From: Laetmonice hystrix
Taxonomy: Eukaryota
Length of the DNA: 64,000 nt
Assembly (NCBI GenBank): GCA_965235115.1
Contig: OZ249439.1
Span: 18,538,001 to 18,602,000, forward strand
Direction of reading: 5' to 3'
Shown here: piece after piece, positions 61,900 through 64,000 of the stretch
Layout: every line of letters starts with the position of its first letter
How positions within the stretch are numbered: position 1 is the stretch's first letter
Notes under the pieces: generated by a model
The model's database searches: none
Told to the model about the DNA's origin: nothing
The model's input: only the letters and a program-made list of their open reading frames with translations
Made by a program: the position numbers and the translations under genes

Positions 61900-62720
61900 G
61901 CTTCTCAAGTAGCACGAAAATACTGATTGCGACATACAGGGACCCGTACAGCTTGCTACTACTGGGAGTTGGAGCGGAACACGGTGAGTGTCATGTGATG
62001 GATGGAGCCGTATCCAGTGGAGTTTTTGACCGTGCGTGGATAAGAGATTGTCAGTGCAGGTAGCTAGTTGAATAGCAGACACGTTGGAGTGGAATGTGTA
62101 TTGTCAGCTGGTTTGTGGCACGCTTATAAACCATGTATCAGTTCCAGATTCTGAGCCTGATATAGTACAACAAAGCGATATTTAAGGTACCTTTTATTGC
62201 TGGTAGTTTCAAGTCGACGAACGACCATGTTTCACCACATACAACACTAACGACATCATCACGGTCCATAGTCGCTGTCATATTAATAATGTAAGCCGTA
62301 TAGTGCTATAGGCCTACACATGAGGTAAGATATTCATGTATGGAGAGAATTGTTGACCTTCAGCCAATTAATCCACGATAAGCCGGAGGTAGAGGCCAAC
62401 GTAGAGGTGCCCAGGTGTGCATGAACATCTATTTACCTGCGGACAGAAGGAAATCGGCAGTAGGTCTGAGCAGTCGGTAACGTCTTCTAACCTACCTATA
62501 CCAATGTATAGACATCATCTACAATCAGGCACTGTAATGATGAATGATGGTTTCTTTACACATACACCAGCCTGTGTGTATTATATATATTGAGGTTGCT
62601 GACAGTGCTGAGACGAGTAATGAAATGTTATGCCACCACAATGATTAATACATAGGCGCCATGGGGATCAATACATATGGTGGCAAAGCGGAATCTTGGG
62701 CCCCGATCTGGAGCAGGCAA
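61900..62720 (-). mobile_element. Decayed Ty3/Gypsy-type integrase remnant
   Basis: Three motifs in the right order and spacing on the minus strand. LPAPDRGPRFRFATICIDPHGAYVLIIVVA*HFITR (62720-62613) matches the core start L-P-x-P...I-x-x-D-x-x-G...Y-x-L-x-I-V-D-x-F-T-[RK]. ILPHV*AYST lies about 135-140 codons later (about 62310). SCTGPCM lies about 120 codons further (about 61945, GPY-like). Stops and frameshifts throughout. Confidence 0.55.
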
Positions 62721-64000
62721 TAACCATAGGGGCCTGCTCTTTTCAATCACGGGGGATTTGATCAATTGAACCCATTATAGCCATGATACCTGATAGATTG
62801 GCAGTTTTGTAATGAATAGCAAATCATGCTGGAAGAGATGGGGGTGAGGGATTGAAGTGAGCTTAAAGAGCGAGCAGGATAAAGTGGTTTATGGCATAGA
62901 GAGTGTAATGTGTAAAGGTTAAGGTTGGCAGGGGAGCAAACGTCTATAAGCCGGTGTGAATAGAGAATGCTGAAGGCTGTCGGTGCATAGGATGACGTAC
63001 TGGGTACATAGATCCCCAGCCAACGGGTACAGCCTTCCAAGAAATGATGCATCCCAGTATATGAGATAAACGGGTGCTGGCTCGGGTTATGTCATAAGGT
63101 GGGCGGAGCAGAGGAGGGTGGGCATATAAAACCACCTGTCTCTGCACCCAGGAAGCAACCTCCCATCTTGGAGCCCCGTGAGCATCACTCAGGACCCACC
63201 CAGGCTTGGCTCTCCCCTATACATGTACTCACCTGGTAGAGCGTTTTGTGCCCATCCATGCACAACCCAGCCATCCTGTCTCCCCCAACCCCCAGCCCCA
63301 CATGTTACCGACCCCATCCAACATCTGTTCCCTGACCCCAGGGACCATATATCACCCTGCCAATGACCCTACACCCCCATTATGGCAGAGAGTGTAAACA
63401 TTCCCAGTCTTATGGCAGCACGGTCGGCTCGGGACCGCCTCCTTGTGGTAGCCGGGCGGTCCCACTCTGTGTGAACCAAATCTTGTCTTGTCGTGACACC
63501 GCCAGGCCCAGGTACGGCAGCCAGCCCCTATCATGAGTCAGTTGGTGACAGACGAAAGACCATAAATGCCGGTAACCTGGGGCATCAGCGTCAGCAGTCA
63601 CATACTGCCAGGGAGCATACCTGAAGGTAGCACCATTTAATGATCTTTATTATGAAGGTGTTGCTGTATGTGTGTTTGTTGATTATAAGGCAAGCATGGA
63701 ATGTTCGCGTGCCGTCATGAAGCCACTTAACATCTTGTTTTGTTTCATCCTGAGTAGAATCGAGGTTAATGTTGCCATGTCATATTTACATGACGTGAAG
63801 ATGAAGCATACAACGTTCTGATATTTAAGCTGGAATGTGGATTGAGATTTGATGTACATTATACGTAGTGAGGTTTATATTGACATTCATCAAATAATAT
63901 AGGGTGAAGCACTCTTTAGTAGCTTTCTAAGGAGCATTAAAGACATTTTTTTGTGACTTTACTGTGAGAAAAAGAGGTTCATTCTTCTTCATGCATTAAA

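Overview
Eukaryotic non-coding, repeat-rich DNA, most likely from a marine invertebrate (inferred from the repeat types, TACATGTA enrichment and GT-AG splice-like signals). I find no intact gene, tRNA, rRNA, CRISPR array or operon. The only ORFs above about 170 codons are by-products of two 57-bp minisatellites. Solid features are five minisatellite arrays (64/69, 57, 64, 46 and 57 bp units), several short tandem duplications, and a 2-kb non-autonomous Helentron-type (HINE) element at 31764-33794 carrying about three copies of a ~463-bp satellite unit. Weaker features are a decayed Ty3/Gypsy integrase on the minus strand (about 61900-62720), other faint TE-like remnants, a possible BTB/KCTD pseudogene fragment, a promoter-like CpG-rich segment and isolated exon-like segments on both strands. 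All eight stand-alone G runs of 10 or more lie on the + strand, which fits the window being largely intronic in a + strand transcription unit (inference). I cannot support a new biological system from this sequence. The best leads are the minisatellite repeating AG|GTAAGT motifs, the satellite-bearing HINE, the + strand small exons and a signal-peptide-like CTG/GTG tract. All protein similarities were judged by eye and need database confirmation.
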